Part shown: piece after piece, positions 61,770 through 64,000 of the stretch
How positions within the stretch are numbered: position 1 is the stretch's first letter
Layout of the letters: each line of letters opens with the position of its first letter
NCBI GenBank assembly: GCA_034780895.1
Contig: JAUZTB010000063.1
Coordinates: forward strand, 15,686,504 to 15,750,503
DNA length: 64,000 nucleotides
Origin: Rhynchobatus australiae
Lineage: Eukaryota
Reading direction: 5' to 3'
Position numbers and translations under genes: made by a program
The notes under the pieces: generated by a model
Told to the model about the DNA's origin: nothing
The model's database searches: none
What the model saw: only the letters and a program-made list of their open reading frames with translations

Positions 61770-63087
61770 GTAAGTAGTTGAATGCAATTAAAGCATGCTG
61801 GCACTGTTACTGCAGAAGGGGGTGTTAGTTGCTCCCTGCTGAGCCCTCCTTCATTTTCTGAACTTTTTTCATCTCTTTCAATATCTTTGTGTTCTTCATT
61901 TTTACCCTTTAATACGATTGATATTTGGTTTGGACTCAGTCGACTGAAGGGGCTGTTTTCATGCTGTATCTCTCTATGCTCTATGACTGTTTCAAACCAC
62001 TTGTAATATAGTCCATCAGTTGAAATGTCACAGTTCTTTTGGGGGGGTGGGTGGTGGCCTGGGGGGATGGAAAACCATACTCTTCTTCCTNNNNNNNNNN
62101 NNNNNNNNNNNNNNNNNNNNNNCAGGGAAAACCATACTCTTCTTCCTCTAAGGTTTTGTGGTAGTGAGTTTGTATCCACTGTTGCTTCAAAAATCAGTAG
62201 AAATATTTCATTAGTGTTTTTGAGTTCTCCTTGACTTGGAATCATTGGGTTAAAATGTTTTGTCATATTCTTAAAAGTATTTTTAAAAATTTTCCTCTTG
62301 GCATTTGAACTTTGATCTAGTTAGCAATTTATTAAGATGGATTTTAAGGTCCTTCACAATTTTTCTTTTTAGTTGTGTTGAAAATTGCTTATTGATTCCC
62401 TTAAATGAGATCTGCCCAGGTTGTGTTCCCATCTCCTGGATCTCTTCTGGATTACATATTTGTGTGGACGTAGGTTTAAAAAAAAAGGCCTGCACTTTGC
62501 TCTTAAACCTCCGGAGCAAAGTAGTGGTGTTTGGATGGGAAACAAACTTCACATGAGCCTGATATCCATTGTAGAACTGATAGGACTTGATTAGCAGCCT
62601 ACTAGCTATGAGGATTTTGCAGTGTTCTCTGGGATTGGGTGCTTCATCAGGCTCTGTGTTGTCGCCCATGGAAATATGGGGAACTTTCATTTTTTTAAAC
62701 TTTCTTATCCCACTCCCTCACCTTATTAAAATTGGTGGATTCAGATTCCAGGACATAAGCACATAATCTACACTGACACCAATAACAGTTTTTGATACTG
62801 TTTTACTTTATCACACAATCTACTACTTGATATATCTGTTCTGGTAGGGATTAAAGAATAGTTATAAGTTCTATCTATCAGTGTCCTTTCTCAACTCTGA
62901 CCATTAAAGCTTGTAGAAACTAATCATTTGTCTGATTGTTGTTTGTGGGATTTTGCTGTGTGCAACAAAAATGTTTAATACACTTCTTTACATAACTGTT
63001 ACTGCACTTGCATGTAAGACCAAATGTAGGAAAAAATCAGTTTGCTAACCTGATTGTTTTTATTTCTGTGCCTTTTTGTTGTTGCAG

Positions 63088-63227
63088 TGACAATAACCCT
63101 ACCTTAGCTGAAGTGCTTGAGGCTGTGGTCCAGCTTCCGGACACTGTGCACATTGCAGTCCGATTCACTAGCATTGAACTAGTTGGAGAACTGAACGAGG
63201 TTGTTGATAGAAATCCTAGATTCTTAG
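63088..63227 (+). CDS. TNPO3: Transportin-3 exon 11 (gene continues beyond the window)
   Basis: ttgcag|T GAC AAT...TTA G|gtgtgt, 140 nt. Encodes [45 protein letters not shown]. Exons 1-11 join in frame (1498 nt). Confidence 0.97.
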
Positions 63228-64000
63228 GTGTGTAAAATCATCGTACGGTGCTACAACTAAGATGGGTAATATTCTTTTATGGGATCTGGGCCTGTTGTCC
63301 TGTATTGGATGCAAAACCATTTTCTTTCTGTCTGATGGGGGAAGTCGCATATTTGGAAGGTGCCATTAAAGAGAAGGGAGTTCAGATGTCTTTGACAGAC
63401 ACAAACTATGAAGCTGGTAGACATGTACATGATAGAGAAAGGAATTAAAAGATTTGTTGTAAGTTTTCATTAAGTTAGGCTAGTGCAGACCACAAACACT
63501 GATTTCTGTGCTGGGAATATTCCATGGTCCTTCATTTTATAGCTCATTTTAGGATGTTAATGACTACCACGTTTCCTTCCTTTGGCTGCAGATTAAACTC
63601 ATTTTGCTTGAAGTACTTTGAGATATTCCAACTGATGGTTTGTTCCTTTTGGCATTTATTGTACATTTTTTAAACTAGTTTTTAAAAATATTTTTTGGGC
63701 TTTCCATGGGGCATTTTTGGTTGGGAATTTAATGCTGACTATTAACTGTTCACGTTTCCACCATAAACCTGGATCACTTTGTCACATTGTAGAAAGATGC
63801 CGTAGGTCTCATTGAAAGAGTTGTTCAGATCATCCCAATGACCCTTGCTTTTTTACCCTTAATCCTACTCATTTCTCCTTTTCAATAATATATTCAATTT
63901 CCTTTTGAAAGTTATTATTGAATTTGCTTTCAACACCTTATGCATTGTGTCATGGGTCATCTTAACTCGCTGCATAGAGCATAGTTCTTCTGACACTAAC

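Overview
Vertebrate genomic DNA, AT-rich, draft assembly with many N gaps. The repeat complement suggests a cartilaginous fish, probably a ray or relative (inference). All three protein-coding genes are on the + strand. (1) The 3' part of a GARIN1/FAM71F-like gene, with four phase-compatible exons at 2429-9670. (2) Calumenin (CALU), with a CpG-island promoter at ~13.0-13.4 kb, coding exons at 18275-28277, two mutually exclusive 194-nt third exons, and the stop codon hidden in a gap. (3) Exons 1-11 of transportin-3 (TNPO3, 44781-63227). Between CALU and TNPO3, where the SWS1 (OPN1SW) opsin sits in bony vertebrates, no intact opsin is visible. That interval holds LINE/SINE debris, a 36-bp minisatellite and a tRNA-Pro(AGG) gene with an 18-nt intron at the canonical 37/38 position. 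Introns contain CR1/L2/L1 LINE fragments, tRNA-derived SINEs and Penelope-like remnants with CpG-decayed hammerhead ribozyme motifs. The most notable items are the intron-containing tRNA-Pro, the empty SWS1 site, the CALU exon-switch architecture, the GARIN1-like gene with an acidic/Cys tail, and the fossil hammerheads. All family assignments are by eye and recalled homology; no searches were run.
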